Below, piece by piece: positions 49,495 through 63,200 of a stretch of 64,000 nt of DNA. The stretch covers positions 33,170,001-33,234,000 of the forward strand of contig OX597827.1 of the NCBI GenBank assembly GCA_951406725.2. The letters run 5' to 3'. Below the pieces are notes generated by a model. The model saw only the letters and a program-made list of their open reading frames with translations. It did no database searches and had not been told where the DNA came from. Every line of letters begins with the position of its first letter. Position 1 is the stretch's first letter. The position numbers were made by a program, and so were the translations under genes. Source of the DNA: Octopus vulgaris. Its lineage: Eukaryota.

Positions 49495-50238
49495 GCAGCC
49501 AACGGGATAGTAGAGCGTTTTCATCGACAGTTGAAAGCCGCGTTTCACGCTTATCCTGATAACGTTGGATCGGGTACCTCCCAATAGTACTCCTTGGCAT
49601 TCGAACTTCATTCAAGGAAGACCTCAGTTGAGCATTTCACTGTGCATTTTCTTTTCTTGCTTGTATCGGCTTGTAGTCTGAGCGGCGGGTACTGTAACCT
49701 GTCAAGAAATCTAATTTGTCGCGTCATAGCACAGTTGTGCTATGGCATACTCCAGCCAATCAGGGCTGGGCGCATATTAATACCAAAAGCAGTTCTCTGC
49801 CCAAGAAGAGAAGCGCGCGTTTTAATCAGTTAACGGAAAGACGGCAGATGAGTAATATCTCTCTTCAGCATGGGAACAGCCCCTTTATTTTTCACAACTT
49901 CGCGCAGCTAGCTCTGAATTATATCAGTTCTCATCTTGCCACATCATGAACAGCCCATTTCATTTATGCCAACTTTGCTCCGCGAAATTCTGGATGACAT
50001 CAGCCACAACTCTGCTAAATTATGTGCTTTGATGTGACAACTAAAATAGCTTTCGTTCACGCCAACTCCGTTTCTGTTAGCTTATAACGACTCCCAACTG
50101 AATCCATTTTTCAAATGTAAGTTAAAAAGCTTTCTCTGACTCATGCATACACACCGGCTATGCTCCTACTACTTGTCAGCTCTCGTGATAATTTAATAAA
50201 TTATTTGTTTAAAAACTGCCTTCTGATATTTTATTACA
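49495..50238 (+). mobile_element. Gypsy integrase remnant followed by a probable LTR (49693-50238)
   Basis: AANGIVERFHRQLKAA...WIGYLPIVLLGIRTSFKEDL; G-rich PPT-like gcggcgggtac, then tgtaa...ttaca with an internal AATAAA. Confidence 0.7.
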
Positions 50239-50521
50239 CACACTTCTTGAAATCTTACTTGCAGAACCTCTCCATAAACACTTTGAAACCATAAATTAGT
50301 GACCACTCTCACTAAAGAGGCACTTACACTTAGCTATCGGTGATTTCATTGCATCTCTTGTAGACCTGCAATTAATATTGAATAGGTCGCATAAACCATT
50401 TAGCTTTGCAAGATTTACTTTTGGAACACCTGCTTCTAAATTTGAACTTCTCCACTAATTCTGCGACTGATTCAGCTTGGAGAAGTTGGTCTTTGGAATT
50501 CCCACAGACAATTTTGGATTA

Positions 50522-51020
50522 CCGTATTTTCCAGTTTATAAAACGCATCGGCATTTAAGCCGCAGGGCCGAATGTGGGGGGAAATTTTGATTTTATCTAC
50601 GCATAAAGCGCACTGGTGTTTAAAAGACCTACAGAGCTACGGGTCCGCAGCTAGCTTTTTTGTTGTTGACGTGTATGTGATTTCAAAATGCTTTATTTTA
50701 CAACTATGGGATGTATTGCTATTCTTATGATTTTATCTTATTATAATCAACAAGAAACAAATTTCGTCAATATAAAAGTCTTCATTAGATTAAAAATAAC
50801 ATTATCAAAACATGAAGGTAAAACAAAACAAATATACTTTGTTTCCTTCCAGGCGCCAATCTACTGTAGCCGTAGTCTTTCACGTTATTCACCGACCGAC
50901 CTTTCCTCTGAAAAAAAAAATCAATGGAATCATTCGATCTCCATACACAAATTATTTTCCTCCTGAAACTTATAAAAAAATATACACGTCAGGCGCACCT
51001 TTCTATAAGCTGCACACTCA
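50522..51020. mobile_element. Tigger/pogo-like MITE remnant
   Basis: ta-ccgtattttc terminus and recurring taa..cgca subterminal motifs; other end not clear. Confidence 0.4.
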
Positions 51021-51469
51021 ATTTCCCAACGAAGTCTAGATGTACTGGTGGCTTACTCTTAGCTAACAACTTCTGTCGTGTCGATTAAGCAGACGATATT
51101 GATAGTTCCTCTTTCTATAAACAAACCCAAACTGCATTTCATCGAAACCGTTTGTCTTCGTAATTGGTTGTGTCACTTTTGTTCAGTGGTCCATCAACAT
51201 GCTGTCTATAGCTGCTTCTGTCTTGAGAATTTCAGTCTCCTTGCAGTAGCTGCTTTTGTTTGTTTGTTGAGCGAAGCGGTTTTCGTCCCAGTGGGAGAAG
51301 TCCGAAACGTGGTCCTTTGCGATTCGTAAGACCCGCAGAAGAGAAAGCAGGTCGACTCCCGACACCGAGAGCATCGACGGATGGATGAATGCACATCCAG
51401 GCTCAGCGGTTGCGTAGGAAATCGGGGACAAGAAACAGGAAGAAAGAGTGAGAGAAAGTTGGAGCGAGT

Positions 51470-51606
51470 ACAACAGGGGTCGGCACCACCCCCTGCCGGA
51501 GCCTCGTGGAGCTTTAGGTGTTTTCGCTCAATAAACACACACAACGCTCGGTCTGGGAATCGAAACCGCGAGTCCGCTGCCCTAACCATTGGGCCATTGC
51601 GCCTCC
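51470..51606 (-). mobile_element. tRNA-derived SINE head (not a tRNA gene)
   Basis: A-box tggcccaatgg and B-box gtttcgattcc, but no acceptor stem or anticodon arm, and it continues into a SINE body. Confidence 0.6.
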
Positions 51607-52430
51607 TGCATTAGCTGCCGATGATGTTTCAACGCAAGTCATTGTGGGCAATACTCCTCGTACCATTTATCTGAATATACGGGTGGTTTCCGCATGTCCT
51701 ACTTTGCTAGACATGATCAGTATCTCGGCAATTATCCTTAACGCTCCAGGACTTCATATCGTTAGTGGCTCTTTCGAGTGTATAACTGGTCCCTCTATGT
51801 GAGATATACACTCACTCTCTCTCTTTCCTTTCTCCCTCACACATTTTCTTCATCCAACAATCGCTCGTTTTAGCATTTCCATGCCTCTTTCTTCTCAGTA
51901 TCACCAAGAGTGTGCTACAGTCATGCATACATTTTCCACCGATGACTCCTTGATTTAGACCAGGCATGAACTATCTTCTTCGAGAAAAGGGCTGCATAAG
52001 ACATGGATCATCATCAGGTTGGCTACACTACTAAACATTTCCTGGCAATTTTGCGTTGGCGCGCCACTCAGAATGTCCCACGAGTCGCAGTTTGTCCATG
52101 ACCAATTTAAACACAGTGAAGCACCTTACCATACAGAACGTTAGTAAACCGTTTACTTTCATATCACCCCCTTGGCTGTGTAGTAAGTAGCTTGCTTACC
52201 AACCACATGGTTCTGGGTCCAGTCCCACAGCAAGGTACCTTGGGCAATTGTTTTCTATTATAGCCTCGGGCCGACCAAAGCCTTGTGAGTAGATTTGGTT
52301 GACGGAAACTGAAAGAAGCCCATCACATATATACGTACATATATAGTGAGGATTTACAGAAAAAAAAAAAGACGAAGACGGATGTGTAAACAAACAGATG
52401 TATTAGTTTAACGCTCGGGAAGTGAGAAAG

Positions 52431-52468
52431 TCTTTTACGTTTCGAGCCTATGCTCTTCGACAGAAAAG
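52431..52468 (-). ncRNA. Minimal hammerhead-like motif with variant core CUGUCGA
   Basis: CUUUU CUGUCGA A GAGC auag GCUC GAAA CGUA^ AAAGA; decayed copy on + at 3846-3884. Confidence 0.55.
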
Positions 52469-53898
52469 AACACAGAAATAAAAAGGTTTGGTGGCTAGCG
52501 AGCTATCATGGTGAAAGTGTGTTGTGTGGTGTGTGTGTATAGGCGCAGGAGTGAGTGTTTGGTAAGTAGCTTGCTTACCAACCACATGGTTCTAGGTTCA
52601 GTCCCACTGCATGGCACCTTGGACAGGTGCCTTTATAGCCTCGGGCTGATCAAAGCCTTGTGAATGGATTTGATTGACGGAAACTGAAAGAAGCCTGTCG
52701 TATATATATGTGTGTGTGTGTGTATCTGTCTGTCTGTCCCTCCCCCCATCGCTTGGTGTGCTTATGCCCCCGTAACTTAGCGGTTCAGCAAAAAAAACAA
52801 CAACAAAAACGATAGAATAAGTACAAGGCTTATAAAGAATAAGTCCTGTTCGCGTAAAGGCGGTGCTCCAGCATGGCTGCAGTCAAATCACTGAAACAAG
52901 TAAAAGAATAACATGTGGCTTTTAGCTATTCGATATCGATCTCGGCCAAGAACTGTCAGGTGACTGTATCTGCTACACTCTTATGTTCTTTGCCTTGCTC
53001 CACCAACAGACCTGTGACTCTCGGCAAGTTATTTTGTAGAAATTCCCAGCTGTCCTCTATTTCAACTTTGAGCTCATCATATACAACGGAAACTTCTTTC
53101 GGATTCCCTTTCTTTCTCTTCCAATTTGTCTTCCGCGTTTCTCAATTAGGGTTCACATGACCCTTGAGGTTCCATATGAGATTTTGCTATTAAAAATCTT
53201 ATCGTTTAACATCCATTTTCCATGCTGGCACGGGCTGGATGGTTTGACTGTGATCTGGAAAGCCAGGAGGCTGCACCAGGCCCCAGTCTGATCTGGCAAT
53301 GTTTCTACAGCTGGATGCCCTTCCTAACGCCAACCACTCAGAGAGTGTAGTGGTGTTTTTTTACATGCCACCGGCACAGGGACCAGGCATCGACCATGAT
53401 CAGATGGTGCTTTTTACGTGCCACTCAAGGCGGTGCTGGCATCGGCTACGCTCGGATGATGTTTTATATGTGCCACCGCCACAGAAGCCAGTCGGGGGAG
53501 GGCTCTGGCATCGATCATGTTCGGATGGTACTTTTTAGGTACCACAACTACAATTTCCATTTGATTGTGATTTGATTTCATTTTGATGTTGATGTATTTG
53601 ACTCAATAGGTCTCAAGCACGGCATGTCACCCTATGATCCAAGGGTACTTTGAGTTGGGTTATACTTTTACAATTCTATTATTCTTGTACTTGTTTCTGT
53701 CATCTGACTGTGGCCATGCTGGAGCACCACCTTTAGTTAAATAAGTCGATCCCAGGGCTTATTCTTTGTAAGCCTGGAACTTATTCTATCGGCATCTTTT
53801 GCCAAACTGCTAAGTTACAGGGGACGTAAACACACCAACATCAGTTGTCAAGTGATGGAGGGTGGGGACAAACACAAAGACACACACATACGCGTGCA

Positions 53899-53937
<39 letters not shown>

Positions 53938-56782
53938 CGGGCTTCTTTCAGTTTCCGCCTACCAAATCCACTCACAAGGCTTTGGTTGGTCCGAGGCTAT
54001 AGTAGAAGACACTTACCCAAGATGCCACGCAGTGGGACTGAACCCAGAACCATGTGGTTGGGAAGCAAGCTTCTTACCACACAGTTACACCTGTGCCTAT
54101 AATACACAAAACATTTGAACAATTGTTTTTATACAATTCCTAATAATATATAATTATAAATTCTTAGACATTGAATGGGTATGAGGATTGAGCAGAATAA
54201 AACAGGGATCAAAGGGGCCCATAAGCAAAACATGGTCAAGAACCATTGGTCTAACTTTTTTTCACTTGTAGCCAGTGATGTTGACTGGTATAATCTTCCC
54301 CAGGGAAAGACCAGTATTCACATGAACTCACGTTGGCTTGCTTATTTGAATTCTTGGCAAGTATAAAGTCTGTATGGATGGCTTGCATCTCTGCCCAAAT
54401 GGCAGGCAAGCACAAAGTTTTTGGTTTTGTGATTTGTATTGACCAAATGGCTGGGGCATTAGCGTATCAGAATTTAGTTCCAGTGTGGCACCATGGGCAA
54501 GTGTCTTCTAGTATGGCCTCGGGTCGACCACTGCTTTGTGAGTGGATTTGGTAGACAGAAACTGGAAGAAGCATGTTGTATATATATGTGTGTGTTTGTC
54601 CCCCCACCACCACATGACAACCGGCGTTGGCATGTTTGCATTTCTGTAACCTAGCGGTTCAGCAAAAGAGACCGATAGATTAAGTATCAGGCTTTTAAAA
54701 GAATAAGTACTGGGATCAATTCATTCGACTAAAAATTATTCAAGACAATGCTCCAGTATGACCACAGTCTGTTAAATGAACCAAATAAAAGGTAAAAGAA
54801 CACTTAGCTGCTTCAATATGTGGAGTATGGCCATGCTGGGACACTGCCATTTGTTGTTGCTAAGCTTTTGCTAACCTTCCCTCTGGTCGGTTTTTTTGGT
54901 GAATGTGGGAATTAAAAACAATTTGTCATAAGTTTTAAAATTCAATTTTTCATGCTTGTCAGGGTTGCACAAAACTTGTTGCAGAAAATTTCTCAAGTAT
55001 AGGCGGAGGAGTGGCTGTGTGGTAAGTAGCTTGCTTACCAACCACATGGTTCCAGGTTCAGTCCCACTGCATGGCACTTTGGGCAAGTGTCTTCTACTAT
55101 AGCCTCAGACCAACCAAAGCCTTGTGAGTGGATTTGGTAGTCAGAAACTGAAAGCCCATCATATATATGTATATATATGTGTTTGTGTATCTCTGTTTGT
55201 CCCCCCCACCCCATCATTGTTTGACAACCAATGCTGGTGTTTACATCCCCGTAACTCAGCGGTTTGGTAAGAGAGACCGATAGAATAAGTACTAGGCTTA
55301 CAAAGAATAAGTCCTGGGGTCGATTTGCTCAACTAAAGGCGGTGCTCAAGCATGGCCACAGTCAAATGACTGAAACAAGTAAAAGAGAGTAAGGTAATAC
55401 CCCACCCCACCCCGCCAAGTCACATGGTTCTACAGAAGATTGGAAATAAAAGACATTGCTTTTATGACGGTGACACTTGTTTACAACTATTGTCAAATGT
55501 AAAGAGGAGACACTAACACACACAAGCTTCTTTCAGTTTCCATTTAACAAATTCATTCATAAGGCTTTGGTTGGCCTAGAGTGATAGAAGACATTTGCCC
55601 AAGGTGCCATGCAGTGGGACTGAACCTGAAATCTTGGGAAGCAAGATTCGTAACCGCACAACCGTGTCTACACTTTCTAAATAAAAAAAAAAAAAAAGTT
55701 AAAAAATACAAATCCAAGCTACATCGATCAGCCCACCCTAAATTCTCTTAACTGACACAAAGCCACACAACCCTAACCCTAATCCACTAGTTGAAAGGTT
55801 TTTATCTTGCAAGGTGCTTGGTGACCCTGTTGGTGCTGCTGCCACATAAAAGCACCCAATACACTCTGTAGAGTGGTTGGGGTTAGGAAGGGCAGCCAGT
55901 TGTAGACAACCATGCCAAAAGAGACAATGGGATGTGGTGCATCATCATCATTTAACGTCCGTTGTTCATGCTGTGCCAGACTCCGGTCTGATTTGGCATG
56001 GTTTTCTACAGCTGGATGCCCTTCCTAATGCCAACCACTCCGAGCATATAATGGATGCTCTTATGTGCCAGCAGCATGGGTATCATTTACGTGACACCAG
56101 TATCTGCCACGACTGCAATTTTGCTCAACTTGATGGGTTTTCTTCTCAAACATGACGCAATGTTAAAGGTCTTGGTCACTGCCTCCATGAAGCCTAACAC
56201 TCAAAAAGTAAACCTCACCCCCCAACCCATGCCAGCATGGAAAAATGGATGTTAAACAATAATGATGACGATGTAATGGTAGAGACAATAAAATGAAGAA
56301 GCCATTGCTGAAAGAAAAATACTGATGAACAACAAAACGGTTGGTATGGTTTTTTTTCCAAATTTTATTGTATAATTTTGTCTCTAGCAACCAAACCAGT
56401 AAATAGTTTTTTGAGGTTTTTTTCTTTTTTTTTTTTTGGCAAACCAGTTAAAATTTGTGTTTTTATTATTTTTTTTAACCTATGCTTCACCTGAACCACA
56501 GAGAGAGAGAGAGAGAGAGAGATGGCTAGAATTATTATTTTAATTTTTTTTTCTTTAATATTTACAAGAAACTGCTAAGCTGGCTGGTTCCTGTAAGCTC
56601 CCAGAGTACAAGATTTATTTCAGCATAGACGACATATGCTTAAGTGAGACAGTATTAAAAGTGGAAGGTAATAATACTGTTAGTGATAAAAGTAGAAGCA
56701 GTAGCAGCAGCAGCAGCAGAGGTAGGAATTCAAAGAATTGAAAGGTAAGAGAAAGAACCATAGAAAATTAAAAACAAAAAGG

Positions 56783-56819
<37 letters not shown>

Positions 56820-58146
56820 CAGTAGTAATATTAATAATGGCTTAAAATTTTGGCACGAGGCCGGCAATTTTAGGTGGAGGTGGGGAGGGGATTAGTTGAT
56901 GGCAACAACCCCAGCACTTGACTAGACTGGTGCTTTTATTTTATCAACCCTGATGAAAGGCAACGTTGACCCTTGCTGTATTTGTACTTGAGTAATATTT
57001 TAATAATGATTAAAATAATTAGTTGTGATAACAATTGGAAGAGTGTAGAAACAACAGTATTATTTATGTGTCTTGAAACGGTTGTACTGATTAAAAAATT
57101 ATTATTATTAGGGAGAGAGAACAGCGCATAGCATCTAAGTGACACTGGGGTGTCACGTATGAAGTTTAACTTATCCATCATGACTACCCGTATGATGAGG
57201 GGTACACCAGGCACATGCATCACAACCCTATGTGCACAACATAGTGATCTCATATCAAGATAAACAGCACCTGATCTTGCAGGTGGGGCCCAGTTACAAT
57301 TTTCTCCAGGTCAAGTAGCCCATCCTGTTCGAGAGGTCTCGGAATAAGAGCTGTTTAAGGCTGATGTACAAAACACCCATGTTTTCAGAGGTGAATTATT
57401 ATTAACGACACTGTTGCACCCCCAAAAGGCTTGGTTGTCGGGTTTATTTTCGTGCAATATTCCCTGGTAAATGATTGGTGTTTAATTTGTCTCCAGGTCT
57501 TTCTGGGTACTAAAAACCATTCCCCCACCCCTCTTATTTGTTGACAGAATGCGGTGAAAAACAAAAATTTACAGATATTACTGAAAACGAGAGGTAACAA
57601 TATCAGTAACAATGTTTACTGCTGTTCTTTGAACTTCTAAAACTTAAAACTGATCAGATAAGCAGTAAATAATAATAATAAAGTGGAGTGATAGTAGTGG
57701 TGGTGGTGGTGGAAGAGGGTCAGCAAACTTGGATTCCCTGCCTAACCCTGACTGTGCAGTCAGCACAAATTGAAGAGGACAAATTATATGACACATCATC
57801 GCATTGTACAGTGTATGTGTGTGTGGGGGGGTGACAGAGTTCTGAGACCAGCCAGTAAGTTCTTATCTAGTTTCTACAGGGTCGGGTCATTCGGAAGATG
57901 AGAGAAATCTCTCTCCACTCCGACAAAACAAGACAAGACAAGACAGGATAGGATATCAGTCTATCACAGGTAATTTCCCCACCCACTTCACTTCCCTAGA
58001 GAAATAACTTCTTAACACAAGCACAATGTCATGTCTAATATCCAAACAGCCATAGTTACTCCACCCTCCAACACCTTCCTTCCAAACCCTTTCCTTGTTC
58101 ACTTTCATTAAGCTGTTCGAACCAAACATTTACACAGTTAAAGTGC

Positions 58147-58415
58147 GTGTGTAAGGATATATATATATATATATACATACACACGCATATGCAAACACAT
58201 ATACGTATATACACACACACGTATACATATATATATATACGCACACACACACGCACGTATACACATACATATGTATGTGTATATACACACACACATGTAT
58301 ACACATACATATATATACACATGTATACATACACATACACACATATAGATATACACACATAAACATATATGCACATATAGATACATGTGTGCATGTGTAT
58401 GCATATAATGTATGC
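58147..58415. repeat. Degenerate alternating purine-pyrimidine (TA/CA/TG) tract
   Basis: Direct reading. Confidence 0.85.
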
Positions 58416-58687
58416 AGCAGATATAGGAACAGAGCAAATTTGAGCATTTCTCTGTCAACTGATTAAAGAAATGGCAAACAGCTTCCATTGATTTTTGAAG
58501 CTTCTTGGTTTTCGTCAGGTGTTCGTTGTCACTTAACCAACCCCAGACAAATGAGGCTATTAATTTTGCAGACTGCAAGTATCTAACATCTTATTCAATA
58601 TTTTATTTTATTTAATATCCAGTCAAATCCAGTCGTGCAGTAGATATATAAACAGGGGATAAATATGTGTGTGTGTATGTATGTATG

Positions 58688-58728
<41 letters not shown>

Positions 58729-58948
58729 TTTTATTTGTTTCAGACATTTGATCATGGCCATACTGGGGCACTGCCTTTAGTTGAACAAATAAACCCTAGG
58801 ACTTATTCTTTGTAAGCCTAGTACTTATTCTATCGGTCACATTTGCTAAACTGCTAATTTATGGGAACATAAACACACCAGCATTGGTTGTCAAGCAAAG
58901 GTGGGGTGGGGGTCGGGGACAAACAGACACACAAACATACGCACTTAC

Positions 58949-58984
<36 letters not shown>

Positions 58985-59124
58985 GACAGGCTTCTTTCAG
59001 TTTCCGTCTACCAAATTCACTCACAAGGCTTTGGTCGGCCTGAGGCCATAGTAGAAGGCACTTGCCCAAGATGCCATGCAGTGGGACTCACAGCCACTCT
59101 TGCACCTATGTGTGTGTGTGTATG

Positions 59125-59170
<46 letters not shown>

Positions 59171-59984
59171 CAATTATTGGGATAAGCAAATCAGACACAT
59201 CAAATGCAAAATATGTGTCTACCCTAACCCAATGCTATGATGGACCGTGAAGTCTGGCGTAGCATGGTAAATTCCATTGTCTCGACCACGGTCGAACAAT
59301 GATGATGATGATGTATACAAGCAAAACAAGAGAAAGCAAACGGTGCATTTATATAAGTGAGTTCAACTTAAACAGAGAACAAGTTTATGGGAGCACTACG
59401 TTGGTTACAACAATGAGGGTCCCAGCTGATACGATCAACGGAACAGTTTGCCCATGAAATTAATGTGCGAGTGGCTGAGCACTCCACAGACACGTGTACC
59501 CTTAATGTAGTTCTCAGGGAGATTCAGCGTGATGAGGCCGGCCCTCTGAAATACAGCTACTACACATTTTTGCCAGCTGAGTAGACTGGTGCAAAGTGAA
59601 ATAAAGTGTCTTGCACAAGGACACCATGCGTTGCCGGGAATTGAACTCACAACATTACGATCGTGAGCCGAATGCCCAAACCAATAAGCCACGAGCCTTC
59701 ACATAAGTTTATACAAATACATCCTTCAACATCAAGTTTCCACATTTTGCATGTGTACCAACATTTATATTTTGTATTTGATGTATTAATATATTTAATA
59801 CATTTGATGTGCCTAATTTTCTTATCTGCATAATTGTCTCTGTACCTGCTCAACCTGATCCCTGTTATTAATCCCCTGTAAAGACATCGGAGTCTAAGCT
59901 TGAATCTTTTAAGCACTACAAAGTGTTTTCTTTACACAGAATATCTGAATCTCATCTTAGAACCACATATATATATATATATAT

Positions 59985-60075
59985 ATATCTGATGAGGCCT
60001 ATGAATATATAAGTATTGACAAGTATAGGCACAAAAAATTACTTTTTTCCATAGGCTGAAACAGCTGCAAATGAT
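59985..60075 (+). ncRNA. Hammerhead ribozyme motif, probably inactivated
   Basis: CUGAUGA GGCCUAUG...CAUAGGCU GAAA CAGCUG CA: 8-bp stem II, palindromic stem III, GCA in place of GUA; 5' stem I replaced by (TA)n. Confidence 0.65.
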
Positions 60076-60257
60076 TTTAATGATTCTAACAATTTAATGT
60101 TTTTTTAATATACTACTTGTATTCTTACCTTAAATGTATTGAATTTTATACTCTATATATGTATGTTATTATTGTTGTAATTTTGATAATTAAATAAGTC
60201 AACATTCTAATATCCTAAAGCTGATAAACCAACTGTGTTTCTCCATTTTCTTATTTG

Positions 60258-60291
<34 letters not shown>

Positions 60292-63200
60292 ACACACACA
60301 CACATATATATATACATACACACACACACATATGTATATACATACACACACACACCCAAGATGTGGGTTTAGCTGAATAGTTAAGTTTACAATTAAGAAG
60401 TCCTTGGGATTCAATTACACAACATGGTAACTTTTATCATGGCCTTGGGTCCAAATCTTTTGACAGAAATTTTTCCAAATAATTCAAAGGGTCAATCTTG
60501 TTACACACTATGTCATTCTGGTTTGGCTTGAGCATGTCTGTGGAGTACTCAGCCACTTACATGGCTACTCTATGGATCAAATAATTAGAGCACTCATTGT
60601 TAAAACCGACAAATCAAATTTTATATATATATATATACACACACAAACACATACATACATAGACACAGTGCTCAGTGGTTAGAGCATCAGGCTCACAATC
60701 AAGAGGTAGTGAGTTCAATTCCCAGACCAGGTTGTGTTCTTGAGCAAGACACTTTATTTGACGTTGCTCCAGTTCACTCAGCTGAAGAAACGAGTCATGA
60801 TGTCACTGGTACCAAGCTGCAATGGCGGTTTGCCTTTCTCTTGAGATAACACTGAAGATGGGAGGCTGGTACGCAGAGGCAACTGCTGGTCTTCCATAAA
60901 CAACCTTGCCTGGACGCGTGCCACGGAGGGTAACTTTCTAGGTGCAATCCCATGGTCATTCATGACCAAAGGGTGTCTTTACCCTTTTATATATCTACAC
61001 CTTTTCAACTTATACAACAAGCACTCTTTTTTAAAATGAACTTTATACTTACTGAAATTACTTTCTGAAAAATTAATATAAAGTGTGGCAGAAAAACCTC
61101 CCATATTCTAAATGGCTGTTAGTGTGACACCAATGAAGTTAGTGCAGATGGTAAGGATGCCTTCATACAGCAAATGTTTTACCGTTTATTGTATTAGCTA
61201 CCATCATGATTAGGACTGGTGTACACTGTATTTGTTGTGGAAACGTTCCATGAAGAATAGTGAATCTGGATTTTTTGGCCCCACCTTGAACTATCCACGG
61301 AGAAAGGAAATAAGCAACCCCCACCTCCCCTTTAATCACACACCCAGCAGAAAGACACAGTTAACAGAACTGTTCCATGGTGATGTGATTAAGCAGGGGC
61401 TCTTCTAATAACAGAATGGTTAGATTGGTTAGAATTAAGTACAAGACGGCATAGTAAGCCTAGTTAAGTTGACTGAAGATGCTAATCAGACATTCAACAT
61501 TAGTTGAGTAAAGAAGGGGGAAAGACAGAGATTTGAACCAAGAATCTATGATGTAGTGGACTGGAAGAGACAAAATGAAAATTCAGTCCAGGTTGCTAAT
61601 CTTTGTCTTCATCTGAGTGGCCTCCAAATCTTGAGCGAACTGTTCAAAATCATTTGGGACAGTTTACATAGGTTGGAACTAATGGATTAACAGGATTCTC
61701 TTTAATTTCTCTTGCAAGTCACCAATACTGTCTCAGTTGGTTTTGAAAATGATGAAGAATTTAGTAAAATAACTGTTCTTATTAAGCTGGGGTTTGAAAC
61801 CTGAATTAACATGGAATTTTAACGGAAGGTTTTAATTTAGGTCACTATAAAAAGAGCTTTGATTTTAGAACCTGGAGCTGCCTTGGTCAGGTGAGTGTGA
61901 AAGTGTTAATTTTCTATTAGCTCGATAACAGCTCCAGAATAATTCCGCTATCAAACATAGCAGGAGACATGTTTCTATGTCAGTCGGTCTCTGTTCAGAC
62001 AGTATCATATGTGCCACTATGACTAATCTATCCAATATCTTGCATCATGCATGGGAATTTCTCCTCACCTTGCCACCACCCCAAGATATGCAAACTAAGG
62101 CAACATAGTGAAAGGCATGTGGTTTGATGGTTTGGCCGTTTTGGCTCATGACTGTTAGGACATGGGTTCGATATCCAGCAGTAAAGTTGTGTCCTTGAGC
62201 AAGACACTTTATTTCACGTTGTTCCAGTTCACTCAGCAGGCAAAAATTAGTAGTACCTCAGGTCACATGTTGAAACTCGCTGAGAACTATGTTAAAGGTA
62301 CACATGTCTATAGAGTGCTCACCTGCTTGCACATTAACTTCACGAGCAGGCTGTTCTGGTGATCGGAACAACTGGAACCCTCGTTGTTGTAATCGATGGA
62401 GAGCCACTAACACAGAAATACAGTATTTTGTCCAAAGGTGCCAAAAAAACTGCCAGCAGATATATGAACCTACAAACACTGAACTGAATAGCACAGTACT
62501 TATCCAATCAGCCTAACTGCATCAATTTTTTTAATTTATAATACACGCACAGTTCATTTATTCAATGCTGAACTTTCACTGTCACAATTCAGCATGGCAC
62601 AACAAACCTCAGGTAGAAACCAATGTTTGAATAAACTCTACATGTATAAAACATTCGTTTTCACTCACACACACACGTCTTACATATGAATAAACACAAG
62701 ACAACACACTTAACCTAAGTCCATACTGAGCATTTTTATGTTTTTGTGTCACAAAATAAACAAAAAACCATTTGCAGTAATTGATGTCAAGGAATTGTTT
62801 TCACATAATTAGAGAAGAAAAAAAAATTAAAATCTTACTCTGAAGCAATTATGGAATAAATACTGAAGGAAGGAAGGAGTATGGAGATAAAAAGATAAGA
62901 AAATATATGCTCAAAGCTACTGATAAGATAGTGTAGGGGAATGGTGGTGGTGGTAATTTGAGGTTGAGATGTGGTTCATGAGAGGGAGGGAGGAGGTGGA
63001 GAGTACCTGAAACCAAAGCTGTTTGAACGAAGGTGGTGGTGGTGGTGATAGCAAGAGTATCACTCAAAGTAAGGTGTTGGATAGAAGACCGACAAAAGAC
63101 AGCATGAAGCAGAGCAGGAACAAAACACTGAAAACTGACAAGCCACAGTGGACATACAGGTCAAGAAGAGTAAGGGGAAAAACAAGACAAAACAGAGAGA

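Noticed and set aside
51540-51606. Possible tRNA gene
   Set aside because: Only A and B boxes, no cloverleaf; SINE head.
51183-51614. GC-richer overlapping ORFs
   Set aside because: They straddle a SINE and unclassified repeat sequence; no supportable domain.
58056-58578. Overlapping ORFs rich in C/V/Y/I/H/T, and a possible exon at 58420-58572
   Set aside because: Mostly dinucleotide repeats; the unique part has no recognisable motif or clear donor.
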